Assembly: GCA_030141605.1 (NCBI GenBank)
Contig: JAQGDQ010000299.1
Span: 75,837-139,836 of the forward strand
Source of the DNA: Tubiluchus corallicola
Lineage: Eukaryota; Animalia; Priapulida
Length of the DNA: 64,000 nucleotides
Direction: 5' to 3'
Positions within the stretch are counted from its first letter, which is position 1, and every line of letters begins with the position of its first letter. The notes below the pieces were generated by a model that was given only the letters and a program-made list of their open reading frames with translations, was not told the DNA's origin and searched no databases. The translations under genes and the position numbers were made by a program. Positions 50,801 through 63,300 of the stretch are shown here, piece by piece.

Positions 50801-51889
50801 CTATAGTCACGTTAATTTAGGTCAAACCTACGTTAACTCAAACATAGATTTAGGTACAGTAGATGATGTACCTCTATCGGCAACTACGGTTAAATCCATG
50901 AATGTGTTGATTAATAATTATCAGTTCTTTGCTGAAGAATTTGATGTTAAGCAGAATTCAGGAAAACAAAACTTGTGACAAACAAGCCAAACAATTTGAA
51001 AAGTAGTTCTTTCAATGATGTATATTGCGGAAATTACATATTAATGCCTGTAGACTCTGAAAAATATCTTAGACAAAAGGTACTGATCTTGAGGATATTA
51101 AGCGACAAAAGTGTCTTTTGGCAGAGAGAGCAAATGTTAGTATTCACAATTTTAACAATTAATACCTAATTTATATGATTTAAGCAGCACTGAGTTTTGC
51201 CTCTGGGCCAGGGGTGTGCAAATTATCTGACTAGCCGGGCCACATTAAACATTCCCGTAATTCCTGTGGGCCACATGCAGTTTGGTCAAGGAGCCAAGTA
51301 CAGTAGGACCTAATAACGATTTTTTTGCATCCGATTTGTGCACATCATTACTACTGCACTCAAGAAACTATTTTAGAAGTTATTAAAATTTATATTAAAA
51401 ACCATATATTTCGTCATGTCCGACAGTGACATTAAGTGACAACGGTCTTGTAAGGGTTAATACCATCCGATCTAGAGGAAAAAACTATCCGCACTATGTT
51501 TGCGATGTTGGCGCAGACTTCAGCTGGATCGCGTGGGCCGCACTTTCATTACGTTGAGAAACCTCTTCACGGGACGCACAAGATCTCTCGGAGGGCCGCA
51601 AGTGGCCCGCGGGCCGCAGTTTGCACACCCCTGCTCTGGGCTGTATCTCAATTTTTTTACATTATTTTCTATGGAAGTCCCATCTTAAAGTGGCATTTTG
51701 CTGGAACGCATTAGCGCAGTTAAAAGCAAAGATTTACCGTACTTACGAATAAAAGCACAGTAAAAATGAAAAAGTTAATTACCTGTATCCGACAAGTATA
51801 ACAGCAGATATAGCAACAAAAAGCAAAATAGTCTTTAATCGCATGTGAAGGACATTCCTCTTTATCGATCTAATGTACCACTTAATCAT
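20470..51889 (-). CDS. HEXD: GH20 hexosaminidase D-like enzyme, 529 aa, predicted type II membrane protein; exons 51889-51783, 50744-50679, 50155-50101, 48783-48674, 47961-47874, 45027-44949, 43285-43200, 40213-40033, 39041-38964, 37379-37184, 26110-26028, 23414-23333, 21918-21808, 21303-21217, 20650-20470
   Basis: 15 GT-AG exons with consistent phases sum to 1590 nt from ATG to TGA. Family motifs: [43 protein letters not shown], catalytic [56 protein letters not shown]. Confidence 0.95.
20850..21120. mobile_element. Interspersed repeat family F; other copies ~44310-44580, ~59270-59525
   Basis: Shared GCTAAGTGTTTTGCAGAAATGCAAC...CTTGGTATCAAAATGAT block. Confidence 0.6.
21550..21720 (+). mobile_element. 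Possible degenerate tRNA-derived SINE
   Basis: A-box-like GCCGAGTGGTTTAGG and B-box-like GTTCGATTC, but no intact cloverleaf. Confidence 0.4.
24217..24400. repeat. Compound (TAG)n/(CAG)n microsatellite abutting a retroposon-like 3' end (24401-24500)
   Basis: Directly visible; the adjacent sequence is homologous to 35910-36020. Confidence 0.93.
25692..25910. repeat. (CA)n/(CACG)n and (TA)n microsatellites
   Basis: Directly visible. Confidence 0.9.
26880..27266. mobile_element. PIF/Harbinger (Tourist-like) MITE with an internal 3 x 43 bp tandem repeat (26922-27060)
   Basis: TTA|TGGCGCGTTCAGACTT ... AAGTCTAAATGCACCA|TTA (13/16 TIR match, 3-bp TTA TSD). Confidence 0.8.
28635..31218 (+). CDS. 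Secreted single-domain C-type lectin (perlucin-like), copy 1, 157 aa; exons 28635-28703, 28905-29085, 30995-31218; probable non-coding exon ending at 28316
   Basis: Signal peptide [21 protein letters not shown]; [17 protein letters not shown]...[23 protein letters not shown]...EGDWIW, HC, WDDFSC, YLCE. The CDS is 474 nt and intact if the second coding intron is GC-AG. Confidence 0.92.
29313..30072. mobile_element. Foldback-like inverted-repeat element in the lectin intron (copy 2 at ~33968-34667)
   Basis: ACTATAGGTTTTACACGTTAAATGTAG ... CTACATTTGACATGTAAAACCTATAGT; arms are built of ~20-bp subrepeats, with a 60-bp tandem unit at 29350-29502. Confidence 0.7.
33290..35428 (+). CDS. Secreted single-domain C-type lectin, copy 2, 157 aa; exons 33290-33358, 33560-33740, 35205-35428; probable non-coding exon ending at 32971
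   Basis: Same exon lengths (69, 181, 224) and splice sites as copy 1, intact frame, and all six CTLD cysteines retained. Confidence 0.92.
39285..39739. mobile_element. hAT-type MITE inserted in a family A MITE
   Basis: 8-bp TSD CATTAGAT on both sides; degenerate TIR CAACGGTTCTCGACC / GGTAGAGAAACCCGG. Confidence 0.8.
41162..41496. mobile_element. Probable solo LTR (Gypsy-like), 335 bp
   Basis: TGT...ACA termini with a 4-bp ATAT duplication on both flanks. Confidence 0.6.
41772..42460 (-). mobile_element. 5'-truncated non-LTR retrotransposon end with a (TAA)n tail
   Basis: [16 protein letters not shown]...[37 protein letters not shown] (one frameshift), typical of a LINE ORF2 C-terminus, followed by a 3' UTR and the (ATT)n tract at 41772-41880. 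Confidence 0.8.
49432..49710 (-). mobile_element. LINE (CR1/L2-group) ORF2 C-terminal fragment
   Basis: [11 protein letters not shown]...[11 protein letters not shown]...NIPEEFK...LSKFKK pattern. Confidence 0.6.
50020..50109. repeat. 42-bp tandem duplication spanning the HEXD exon 3 splice donor
   Basis: GTGAAAATGTCTAAACAA(T/A)GTACTGGCGAATAATAGTACCTG occurs twice, followed by GTGAAAAT. Confidence 0.92.
50295..50645. mobile_element. piggyBac-type MITE
   Basis: TTAA|CCCTTTCAGTCCC ... GGGTATGAAAGGG|TTAA. Confidence 0.8.
51209..51633. mobile_element. hAT (Charlie-like) MITE
   Basis: Perfect 14-bp TIR CAGGGGTGTGCAAA and perfect 8-bp TSD CTCTGGGC. Confidence 0.92.
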
Positions 51890-52155
51890 GGTAAAAAATC
51901 TTGTGAAATTCCCAGAGCTAGCAGTTTATTCAATGGAACCTAAAAACAAGATAACATAAGAAGTACACGATAATTATCAGTGTTTAGTGATTAGTAATAA
52001 ATGAATCATTGGGTTGAATTAATAATAACTAAATATGGTCGTTTTTGATGGGCGCATTATTATTCACAGTGACCAATGGTCTTGCACAGCAGACAAAATT
52101 GACCAGTTTCTCTACACATTTATAGGAAACACATTTGAAGCAGTAAAACACTTAC

Positions 52156-52189
52156 CAGAATGTACAAAGATGAATGACTTATTAAAATG
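52156..52189 (-). other. Probable non-coding 5' UTR exon of HEXD
   Basis: AAACAG| 34 nt |GTAAGT. The ATG-bearing exon has its own acceptor at 51939, so an upstream exon is expected. Confidence 0.45.
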
Positions 52190-53585
52190 CTGTTTAGCTT
52201 TAGAGAAAAGTTTACAAATTAAGCTGCCACACAACTTCTATGGTAATCACTAATTAGGGGAGACAACTTTGAACAAAGCAAACAAGATTTAAAGACCACT
52301 TTCACATTACCGGTGCTTCATGTAATTTCGGTAATGTGTTTTAGATAACTAAAAAAACATTCATAAGAATTTAAAAACAATGAATTCCTTTTTCGAATAT
52401 ATGTAACTTTTTGTTTGCACATTTAGCAGCATTATGTCCATCTGGCTTTTTTGCTACGAAAATAAGTCAGTTATTCATAAATGTTTTTCTGTAAGACTGA
52501 TGACAAAAGTATAGTAATTAGTATAGAGTATTTTTCTACAAAGTGTTCATCTAGCAACTTGGAAGTTATACATGCCAGAACATTTTGTCTATAGACGAAA
52601 ATGGAATAGAACCGAAATGTCAAAACTTTCAGCACTCGCTATAGGAAGTGGCAATTCCTCGCGTAACGTTCAGGCACAGCCTATCGAAATTTTTCAGTAG
52701 GCCTAGGCCAATTTGCACTAGTGATGGGAAAGAGAGTGATAGGAAAAGTAGAGTGATCAGCATCAATTACCAAATCAGTTAAAATCCTTATTAGGTGATT
52801 GTGGATCACAGAATGCAGTTTTTGGACTTATTCAGGCTGCTGAGGCCAAGGCTCTTTCTTGAAGCTTCATCATAATAAATACTAAACTCATCATTAAATA
52901 TTAACGTCGCTGATTTGGACGGCGTCGGCATTCTCCGGCAATATGGGAAAGCTGTGGTCCGTAGTCAAAAGACAAAGATACCCTAGGGAATTAGTCGTCG
53001 TTGGTCAGTAATCCCACAAAAACTGTAATTAATGAAAATACTATAGGGCAAAAATAATAAAACTTATCGAAAATTAATACTAACTAGAACCCACTGCAAT
53101 AACGTAATTATTCTTTTCCACTACAGTCTTTCATAGATATGAACCTGATAAACTGACTGACAATTTTGACATGCTCAGCCTACCACTTCTTTACTAATAA
53201 CCGAACACAACAGCTTTATTCTGCTATCATGTATGGAAGATCGTGATCTATATAGTGTTAGTGTTAGCACAATTACCCCGTGCAAGACCGAATTTAAACG
53301 GTGAAGAATTTATTGAAGATAGACATCACTATAATTATGTAGGTTCAATACACTTGAATGCGGAGTCTAATCATCTTGGTTACATAATTTCATGTGCAAA
53401 GTGAAGTATAGTCCGTAAAACGCCATTTGAGTCGCTTTATAGACCTAGATTTTGCAGTGTTTTTCTATAGCCTAGCTCAGCATTGCACTGAAGCCTGTCT
53501 GCGACTTGGTCTCTAACAAGCTAAAAATTCCAACTCCGGCAGTTTCCTGCTCTCAAGTTTTTTGCCCAGCAACAAACCTGGCTCT

Positions 53586-53595
53586 ATGACGTCAT
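53586..53595. promoter_or_regulatory. Palindromic CRE-like site ATGACGTCAT between HEXD and GALK2
   Basis: Exact TGACGTCA consensus in the divergent intergenic region; function is unproven. Confidence 0.25.
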
Positions 53596-56500
53596 TAGCA
53601 TCATGCATAGACCTATGGCTCCACACCTCAAAATAATCATACGATTTCTGGGTTGCAGATGCTTCGCCACTATGACTTCAGTCTCTGTCTTGAATGCCAA
53701 GAGAAAGTTATCACAGTAACAGGTATTACATTTATTATCATTTTGATGTACCTATCCTACAATAATTTCACATCAATTGTCCAACTTTGCGCTGCCTTGC
53801 ACGTTTTGGCTCATCTTATCCTATAAGTATAGACTTCAGACACAATGAACACCGGCATTTGGTGGATAGCTAATAAAATAATTTCACAAAAGAAAAAACA
53901 TTTCACTTATGGCAGAAAAGATTGCAAAAATCAATGTATAACCACTTCATTGCCGTGCATAACCAACAGACATGTATTCATTCATATTTTATGTGCGACT
54001 AAAGGGATATTATGGTAATATCAAACAGAGCAGGGCCAAATTCATGATAGTCCAACACATCTTGCAGATGTCTCCCAAGGTTATCTTTTAAATACCGATC
54101 AAAATTGGTAATTTTTCCCATCTTAGCATCCAATCTGACTTTCAAGATAACTCCAATATGCACAGCAGGGTTGAGTTTCGAGACGCACAAAGCTTCCACA
54201 CCAAATTTTGAGAGCTTGATAGATTTCCGATTGACTGAGAATTGCTCCTCCCCGGCAAAATGTTATATTATCCTGTATTGATTAATGACAAAACAAACGA
54301 AATGGTTGCACAGATAAGTGCACAAATAATTATAAAAAACATATAATAATATAATATACTTAACTTTTTAAAAAAATACAGTTTTTACCTTTCAATATTA
54401 ACTAGTTTTTAATTTGAAGCTTGGGTGCATATGCATGGTATTAAACCAAAATAACCAAGTTTTGCGCTCTACCTGCTTGCAGCAAAGTTTATATGGATTC
54501 ATTCATAAAAAGGCAGGTTTAATCGGCATCGACTTATGTGATTGCTGGGCTGTGCTAATCAATCGTATTTAGGAATCTGTTTATAACAATTTTGAATATT
54601 GTAATTTATAATTGGTTGGAATAATTTGCTACCATTGTTGCCAGGTGCTTGTAATTTGCGATCAAGGTCATGGTATGCTCTGCTTTGTGTTGCAAGAACA
54701 TTTTTCTCTTTAGCTGTATGACTCAAAAAGGTGTAGTAGATCAACTGTTAAGGGGTTAGTCCGGTTGTTCCTTTTTTATGGAAAGCAAAGGTAAGTATAA
54801 AAACTTTAATCATGAATTATTATTCATGGCTGAAAATAGCTTGTTAAACAGGTTGTGAGTTTCAAGCATGCTGTTGAACTCATTTACGATGGGTAAAATC
54901 TTCTCAGCCGTCTTGATCTGGAAATACAAGTACAGTAACATTATTTTTGTTTTTTTTTATCATTCATTAGCACATTTTAGCTCTCGGGAATTTGACTAGA
55001 CAGGGTCCAAACAAATTAGAAATCAATGACAATTTCATGACGATAAAGGGGTATGCCATGGTAATGATGGTATAGATTTGATTGCTCATCCTGTGATCAA
55101 GAAATTGAAAAGGTAAACTTGCAAACAATGATTGAAAGCAAATTCGTGTCTTATTAAGTTTAACACGGTGAAATGGTAATTTTACATAACAAAATAACTT
55201 GAAAGTTTAACTAAGTTTAGTAAAGATATAGCTTAATGTTCTCCAAAAAGTGTTTGGCTTTTTTTCTACAGTTGCAATGGTTCATTGTAGGTTTCGTGCC
55301 AAAAAGAAAGAAATTTTAATTAGTCCACAACATTCAGTCTCCAATATATTATTAGTTTCAACTTAGACAAATAATTTTTTTATTATGGTATGAAAGACAA
55401 ACAAATTAGCTTGTTATCAATTGGAAACAATAAATGTTAACAACACAAAAAACTTTCTTTGTGAGTTGACGAAAAAGACAAAAACTCGAAAAACGCTAAT
55501 GATGTTCAACCATAACAATTATTAGTTGTTATTAAAAAATGATGACCCTTTTGGCTATCCAATCTGAGACAAAACTAATTGAGCAACCAGACCTGAATCT
55601 GACCTGAAACTGAACTTGCTTAAAATCGCTCTAAATTTTATACTTGCAATAAACTAAAGAAGCTTGCTGCTGATAAACAAAACATCGTTTTTTCTTGTAA
55701 TAAAATTGAAACACCAGGTGAAGTTAGCCGTCATTGTAATTATTGACAAAAATCTCATAATAAATTTACCTACTAATCAGTCAAATGCTTAAGATTTGAG
55801 ATAATTATACTGAAAAAATGTCCTTATGGAATTACATTATACTTGGATGGTTCATCAGTTTGCAGTCTAACGTTATAGACAAACCTGTGGTAAGTGGTGC
55901 ATGCGCTCGCTATGCTTATGACTGCATGTGATCAGTATTAGCTAACAATTATGCTAGATGACAAAATGAGTGATTAATTTTTAATTGGAATCTTAAAATC
56001 GTATTCAAATATTACTGACTAATCCAGCTATGCAAGTATAACATATGCATGTGCTACTAACTAACTTCTGCTGCTACACAATAATAATGCTTTAGATAAA
56101 ATATAATAATATTTAAATCTTTAACGTTTAAGTTACATAGCTCACAATGCTAATCTAAGTAGTTTTGTTATAAACTTAGTTATAAACTCGGTTTTTTCGC
56201 CACCCTGTTTCTCTTAACTGTCACATCACTTGGTAATACCATGTTTGCTATGTTATTGAGACAAATAGATTATTCTGTATTCTGTAGTTATTCAAGAATT
56301 ATCCTAATTAGTATAATTTAAACGCTGTAGACCTATAGTTATCATAAAAATATACACCATTATTATTGCCAGAACGATATATTAATTATACCTATATTGA
56401 TTAACTTGTTGTTTCTACAGAACCTGCATTAGTTGCTTCAGTTAAGACAGTTATTGCCTTCTCAAACACTAAGTTAACACCGTGTAGTGGTAGAGAAAAT

Positions 56501-56864
56501 GCGAAATCATGACAGACACCATTGTGGATGATCTTCCGTATTTGCTTACCCACGTGAGCTGAATCTGATGAGCTAACTGTCACGGGCTTACTGCATTGAC
56601 AACAAGAAATTAAGACGTAAAGGTAGAAAAACATATAAATTTTCTGAAATAAAGGACAACTATATGCCAGTGGCTTAACTTGGTGGGTCACGCTCTGAGG
56701 CTACCTGAAGATAGTCCATTTATTAAAGTTTTCCAGGTATCAATTCAACCCATCAAAAAATCCAAGAGGCGGCTGATTACGTGCATGGATGGATTCACGC
56801 AAAAAATCTCAATGAAACACTTGTAATTCTGAAAGATACTTTACCTTGGAGAGTAGCTAACTAA

Positions 56865-58567
56865 AAGCCCGTTTTGACTAGCGTCTTCCACGCTGCGTTT
56901 AATGCGGCATTTTTAACACACAGTGAAATTGAATATCGCTCCCTAAAACGCTCCTGCGTTTTCATTAGCGGCTTTCTCGCTGCGTTTTAACGCTCAGTGA
57001 AAATACATATCGCTGTCTGATAGCAAGCACTGTCTCGCTGGAAACCATGGCGTCTATTTGCATGAAGTATGTTGCTTGTCATTTAATTCTGAGTGAAAAT
57101 TTCGAGTAATCTGAGAGACTGCTGCAAAATATTTGCCACTAGCGACGATAAAAATAGGACGACAACCAGCTCCTAATTGGATCGCAAGGCGTAATCGTAG
57201 TGGTTTCTTGGAGAAGATAGCCAAGAAATTACAGAGGATACCTCAGAGTTTGGTAAAGTGATTAGAATAAATCTATACCTTTTCAAGCAGCTACTCACCA
57301 AAGTTTAATCAAGAATATCAACAACTAAGCTTCATTTAAAGACAATTCTCCCGCCTACTATTGCACTAGAACTGACATGCAGGTATTTGGCTGACAGGTG
57401 TTCATATAGAATGCTTTCTTAGGAATATCGAGTAAGTAAATCGTACATTTGTACAAATGTGCCAGTTGTGTGTGATGCTATTTACGAAGCTCTCTCAGAT
57501 TACGTGAAAATCCCGTCTACTTCTAGTGAATGGAAACATATTGCAACAGATTTTGAAGAGAAGTGTAATATCCCCCACTGCATTAAGGCACTTTTCAATC
57601 ATTAGACCAATTAACTCAGGATCTGAGTACTTCAACTTTAAACATTTTTTTCCAATTGTACTTTTAGCCGCTGTTGATGCATTATAGCATTTGATCTTGG
57701 AAGACCCGGTGCAACCAATGATGCAAGCATCTTCAATGACTCAGTACTGAGTGACATATTGCTTATGCTATGTATTCCAAAGCCAGAAAAAATGCTAGAA
57801 TATCCATCGATTGGTGCTTTTATATAGCTGATGAAGCATATTCTCTTGAGCCTAAAATGATGCAGCCATTTGCTCGACACAATGAAAAACATTTCTGAAG
57901 CGGTATTTAACTACCGTTTATGCATTGAGGCAGAGTATCCAAAAACTGTTTCGGAATAATGGCAAGTCATTTTAGAATCCTTATCGGAACTATGCACAAT
58001 ATGCCAAAGTATGCCGTTCGCATTGCGAGGGCTATTATTGCTCTGCTTAACTTTCTGAATCACAACTAGAGTTGAGCAGTATTCACCTGTTGGGTACAGC
58101 GACAGGCCAACAGATGATGGCAACTTCCAGCAGGGACAGTGGTGGCGTCAACTGGACAATCTACAGAAAATACCAATATAAATAGACCCTACCACCGAAA
58201 AAACTAATTGTTCAATGACATGCGCATTACACAATCGACAGCAAAAACGCAGCAATGGACATTTTCGCAGCGTTTTTGGTGGCATAGCAAGAAAAAAGCT
58301 TTGACATTCATGAACTTTTTTCTCGCTGTTGCGTTAACCGTTTTCACTGCATTTTTCATAGCATTTTGAAGACTGATATCACTTCATGCTGCATTTATTG
58401 TTTTCATGGGCGTTTTTACCACTGCAGCATTACAGCATTTTCTCCCCAGCATTTTTTGCAAGGAGCTGTTTTAACGCTGTAACGATAATCGTTCTGACGA
58501 GCATTTTTCCGCGATTTTCCCTCTAGCGATAAAAAACAACGTTAAAAACTCTAGTCCAAATGGGCTT
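56865..58567 (+). mobile_element. PIF/Harbinger DNA transposon with a decayed DDE transposase (HARBI1/DDE_Tnp_4-like)
   Basis: TAA|AAGCCCGTTTTGACTAG ... CTAGTCCAAATGGGCTT|TAA (15/17 TIR match, TAA TSD). Broken reading frame: EYRVSKSYIC..VPVVCDAIYEAL, EWKHIATDFEEKCNIPHCI, SGSEYFNFK, IVLLAAVDA, GATNDASIF, ADEAY, VFNYRL. Confidence 0.9.
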
Positions 58568-58669
58568 TAAGGACTGAAATGTTTGGCAGTAGGAGATTAA
58601 CACTGATGACAAATGAATACATAATATCATTGTGATGATGATGATGAGCAAATTGGGCTGAGATATGGG

Positions 58670-58830
58670 GTTTAAAAAAACTTTAAAGAATGGAAAAAAT
58701 ACAGGTATAGATAATCTTGTCACAGAACAACTAGAACGTGGGCTAGACGTCATTGATATCGGAATATCAAATTTGCTGAATTCGATTTACTGTAACAGGA
58801 AAGTACCCAAAAAAAGAGAAGCACGGAATT
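58670..58830 (+). mobile_element. Non-LTR retrotransposon (RTE-like) ORF2 fragment
   Basis: LKNGKNTGIDNLVTEQL...LLNSIYCNRKVP resembles the K(A/S)PGPDG..E motif upstream of LINE RT domains. Confidence 0.55.
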
Positions 58831-60395
58831 TGTGCCTATTCCAAAACTTAAAATAGAAAGCAGCAGTAGAAAGGGGTAGATTTGTTTCCTAGAAGAGTTT
58901 TTTTAAGATTTTTTTGCCTGACAAAAAGTTTTCACTGATAATTTTTGTGCCAGCCATAAAAACTTACTTTCTAGAAGAGATTTTTTCCAAAATTGCTATT
59001 TCCCAAAACCGTAATTTGTTGCTTGCAAACCAAAACCGTCCATAAGTTGGCATAATTAAAAACTACGTTATGATGCTTCAAAATAGAATGACCCAAAATT
59101 TTGGTCTAATGTTAATTGTTTTTCTTTTTTGTAAAAACGAATGCTAAGTATATTGGACCTTTTTAGTCTAGCATCAAATTATCAAGAAAATGTCCAAAAA
59201 TAATAAAAATTTAATTTTCTAACTCTGTGCCCATTTCTCTGTCGAGAAACCCATAAAATTCATGGCAACCACAGTTTCGTACAGTCGCTAAGTATTTTGT
59301 AGACGCGCGACAAAAAACAATGCCTGACTTTAACAGCGATTTTCTCCAGTTTATGCTTTTAACTGCATAGCCTGCACCTCAACTTCAACGTATCTCAGCT
59401 TAGAAATAACATAGAGCAATGAGCTTGGTATCAAAATGATTCTCATGAAATGGAGATTCGGGGTATGTGAGTAACAAGAAAACATTAATTGCCGACTTAT
59501 GGACAATTTTGCTATGCAAGCACACATTTCATAGAAAATAAAATTCGCATAAAATCTTTTTTTAAGCACGTATTGATGGTGAATCTTGATTCCCTCCTGG
59601 TTTTTATTTGTATCCTTTTGTTTATTAAATACTTGCAAACGCCCCAGGTTTGCCTACAGTAGGCAGTACGGTACGGTAGGTGAGCATGAAACTCACAGGG
59701 AACACTTGAAATGTTGGATTTACGTTTAGTGACTCATCATCTTAGGTCAAAGGTCACTGTGTGAGCAGGGTTTGTTTTTTCATTATTCTAGATTTCCTGT
59801 TACAGTTTTTCAGCTAGCATAACAAGTTTTTGATTTAGGGGCTAGATGCAATTGAGGCCTTGTGTAGATGAATATGCACCATGGTCGTGCAGGAAAAACT
59901 TTCGCTAGGGGACAAAAATCGAATTTGTGGGGTCGAGGAGCTGTTGCACCTAATTATGGGCAACAGTGGCTTTTGGTATGTCAAATGAAAGCTTTGTATG
60001 GTATGACTAATGCCCTATTGCAGGGCATGATTGATCCCTGGCCCCATTTTAACCATATTTAGGTGTCTTCCACAGGACGAAAAGCCAAAGTCGTTGTGGT
60101 AACCAAACTGCTCAGAACGAGTACGGTACCGAATCATCAGTGCTGATCTAATCATGCACCTTAACTTTAACTGATTCTCACCAGTTCTCATTCAGTTAAA
60201 TGTTCTGTGACATTTAATTATTCTGCTATAACATAGTTGTCGATCATCTGAATTTCTTTCTGTACTATAACTTTCAAACAGTTGATCTTCAAATCATTGT
60301 TTACTTGTTAGATGGTTGAAAATATTTAAGACAGAGGTGTCTTGACATTGGAAACCTCACTACCTGGCAACTTCTTATTGGAAAGAGTAATCAAT

Positions 60396-63300
60396 ATGTC
60401 TGTGGACTATCCTCCTGTATGCACGACAGTACCTGAAAGCCAAGCTGAACGGTAATTTTGTCAAGTTTATTACTTCGTTAAAGAGTATCACACATGCATA
60501 CGTTGTTTTCTTTTATTTGCAAGACATGACCACCTGGTACTTAGGGAAAGGACTGTTTTTTACTTTTGCTGGACAAGCTTACATTGTGCGTCAGGACAGA
60601 AACAGTCTGTGAAGGAACTTACAGAATAGGCAAGACTTTCTTGGTCTCTGATTACTTATCGTAACTCACTAAACTTCGTACGAAGCTTCCGACTTTTAAG
60701 AGTTTTAATTTATGAATACACGATCCTTCTAGCCGTACTTTTCACTTTTTTAGAGTTTTACGCTAACATGTCTAGTATTGTCTAGATCTTTACCACAGGC
60801 TTTTATATTATCATGCTTAAATGATGCCAAGATAAATAGTATACATTTGGTGCTAACATGTCTACCCTCTTGTCTCATAAAGCTTGCTAGATTTTAGCAC
60901 AGGTTTTTATATTATCATGCTTAAATGATGCCAAGATAAACGTAGGCATTTTTTTCCTAAAGTTTAGGGCTTGCCTCAAAAGGCTTTTATTAATTTTCAG
61001 CTTGTGCGAGGTCAGATATTACTTCTTGATGATGTTATTAATTTTAATGGATGCATATACATGTGTAAAACCAACAACAACTTATTTCCAACTTTTTTTG
61101 ATAATCCAGTCAAGATAAATGTAAAAAGATACAATACCAAACATAATGAATATATACCAAGACGTTGTAGAACAAATATGGCGAAACATTTCTTTAGCTA
61201 TATGGGACCAGTCCTATGGAATAGACTGAGCTGCAATTCAAAATGTAGTCACTCCCTTTCAACTTTTAAAAAAACGTCAGAAAAGAAGTATTTCAAAAGT
61301 ATTGAGAGTAACACAATTTGATAATGGTAATAACCTGCATTCTTTTTCCACAGTAATCTTAATAAAATGTGACTATGCTCAACAGGTTACTGAACACTTT
61401 ATAATCATGATCACAGTTTTTCTTAGTTCTCCATTTCATCTTTCATTCACTACTCCCCCCCCCCCCACTTTTATGTATATATTATCATTATTTCAATTAT
61501 TAATCACTTCTTTAAGATTTCCCCGTACAGTTTGGCCTGTCAAGCTATGCTTTTAGGCTCAAACTGTATGCATCAAAATTATTCTGTAATGTAATTTGCA
61601 CATGTACATGCTGCATAAGAATCTCTTTTGTAATTTCTGGATAATATTGCATTTATATTTATATTTACTTCAGTGAAATTATCTGTATTTTTATTATAAC
61701 TGTTAGATGCACAGTGGAAATAAATAAACTTATAACTTATATAAGAATGCCACATTGGCAATTAAGTAAGTAAGTTTGTAAGTATGGATCTCTTATTCTC
61801 CTAAATAGTTTCCATTCTCCATGGCTGCTTTTAACAATAGTATAAGTAAGTATTAAACATGCTGATTTACAATATTTCAATTTAAAAAATATCTGCTAAT
61901 AAAGTTACAATACATTAATAAAAATATAATTCAGGCAAACATTTTAATACTAAAAGATGTATAAAATGGAGTAAAAAATTTTTTATTAAATAAATTTATA
62001 ATGACAGTAGTAAAAGCAAGAGCAGCAAAGATAAAATATTAATGATAATCTACATTAAGGCAAAACTGGACCAATCCTAAACTGTAGGTCAAACCAATCT
62101 ACTCTTTAAAATATTGAAAGGAAACTTACTATTTTTTCAAAAATTATTTACGTGAAAGAATTATTACCACACAAACACAATTTCGCATACATGCCACTAG
62201 TTCTTCACTGTTACATGAATCTGCATCTTGCCATTCACTAGTTAGACGGGCACTAGTGCCTGCATTTCGAAAACACGTTGCAGAAAACAGGTGCTGTACC
62301 TCTTAGTTCAGATGTGTTCGTTTGAGACGTACTGCGCACATTTGACTGTTCATGTCTTAAAACTTGCCTAGCTTTACTACGACACACTGAATATCTTACA
62401 GTAGCACTATACTTCAATTTTCGCTTTCGCAAACACAATCACGGAATGTTTTTGATGATGTCAGCAATAGTTGGGCTTGCCCGCTATTAGTTAAGTTTTT
62501 AATCTATTATTTAATTATCAGAAACGCCTTTGCAGTTTTAATTCTGTTAAAATGTATATTTTTACCGGACTTGAGAATGGGGTAGTATATGAAAAATCAC
62601 CCTGTCTTTCTGTAAAATACATCTAGTTATAAAAGTATTACCTGCCCTTTTTGTTTTCAGTTTAGATCTGGCAAACAAGCATTTCTTGTGTTTAAGATAC
62701 TTCGGTTTTCGTTTTATTGGCAGGAGATTATGAAGTGGATGTCCCAAACTATTATTATGTTTTTCTTTATGCTTTAGAATGTGAAATATGACACAATTCT
62801 ACGTGTTTTAAATAAGAATTTCATAAAATTATACTTACGTTCTGGATGAGACAAATTTAGATAGAAGTTAGAATGTTGTTGTAACCTGCTTTGTGCAGTG
62901 GTTCTTATAGCATTGTACGCTTTCTTTCAGATATGGCAACTTGAGGGAAACCTTTGTATCCAAGTTTGGTTGTCAACCCGAATTTTTTGCCCGAGCTCCT
63001 GGCAGGGTGAACATAATAGGTACTTGATATTAGGTATTTTCTGACCATATTGTTGTTTTTCTGTGTTATTCAGCAAGCAGTAATTGCGAAACAGAATTTC
63101 TTTTATATAATTCGGCACACTGCAAGCCGGAATCCAGTGATTGTTTGATGATGAATTTCGTGGCAGGACCGGTACCTTGCTCGTTATCAATGACAACTCA
63201 CTTAAGATGAGCCACTGCACCAGTAGCGGTGTCTTAACCATACTAGGTTCCACAGTATATATACATCCTTCCTGTGGCCTCTACGAATTAAACCGCCATG

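Noticed and set aside
62839-63253. Minus-strand exon-like segment (donor near 62838) and the 108-aa ORF
   Set aside because: They are antisense to or adjacent to a clear GALK2 exon and show no homology.
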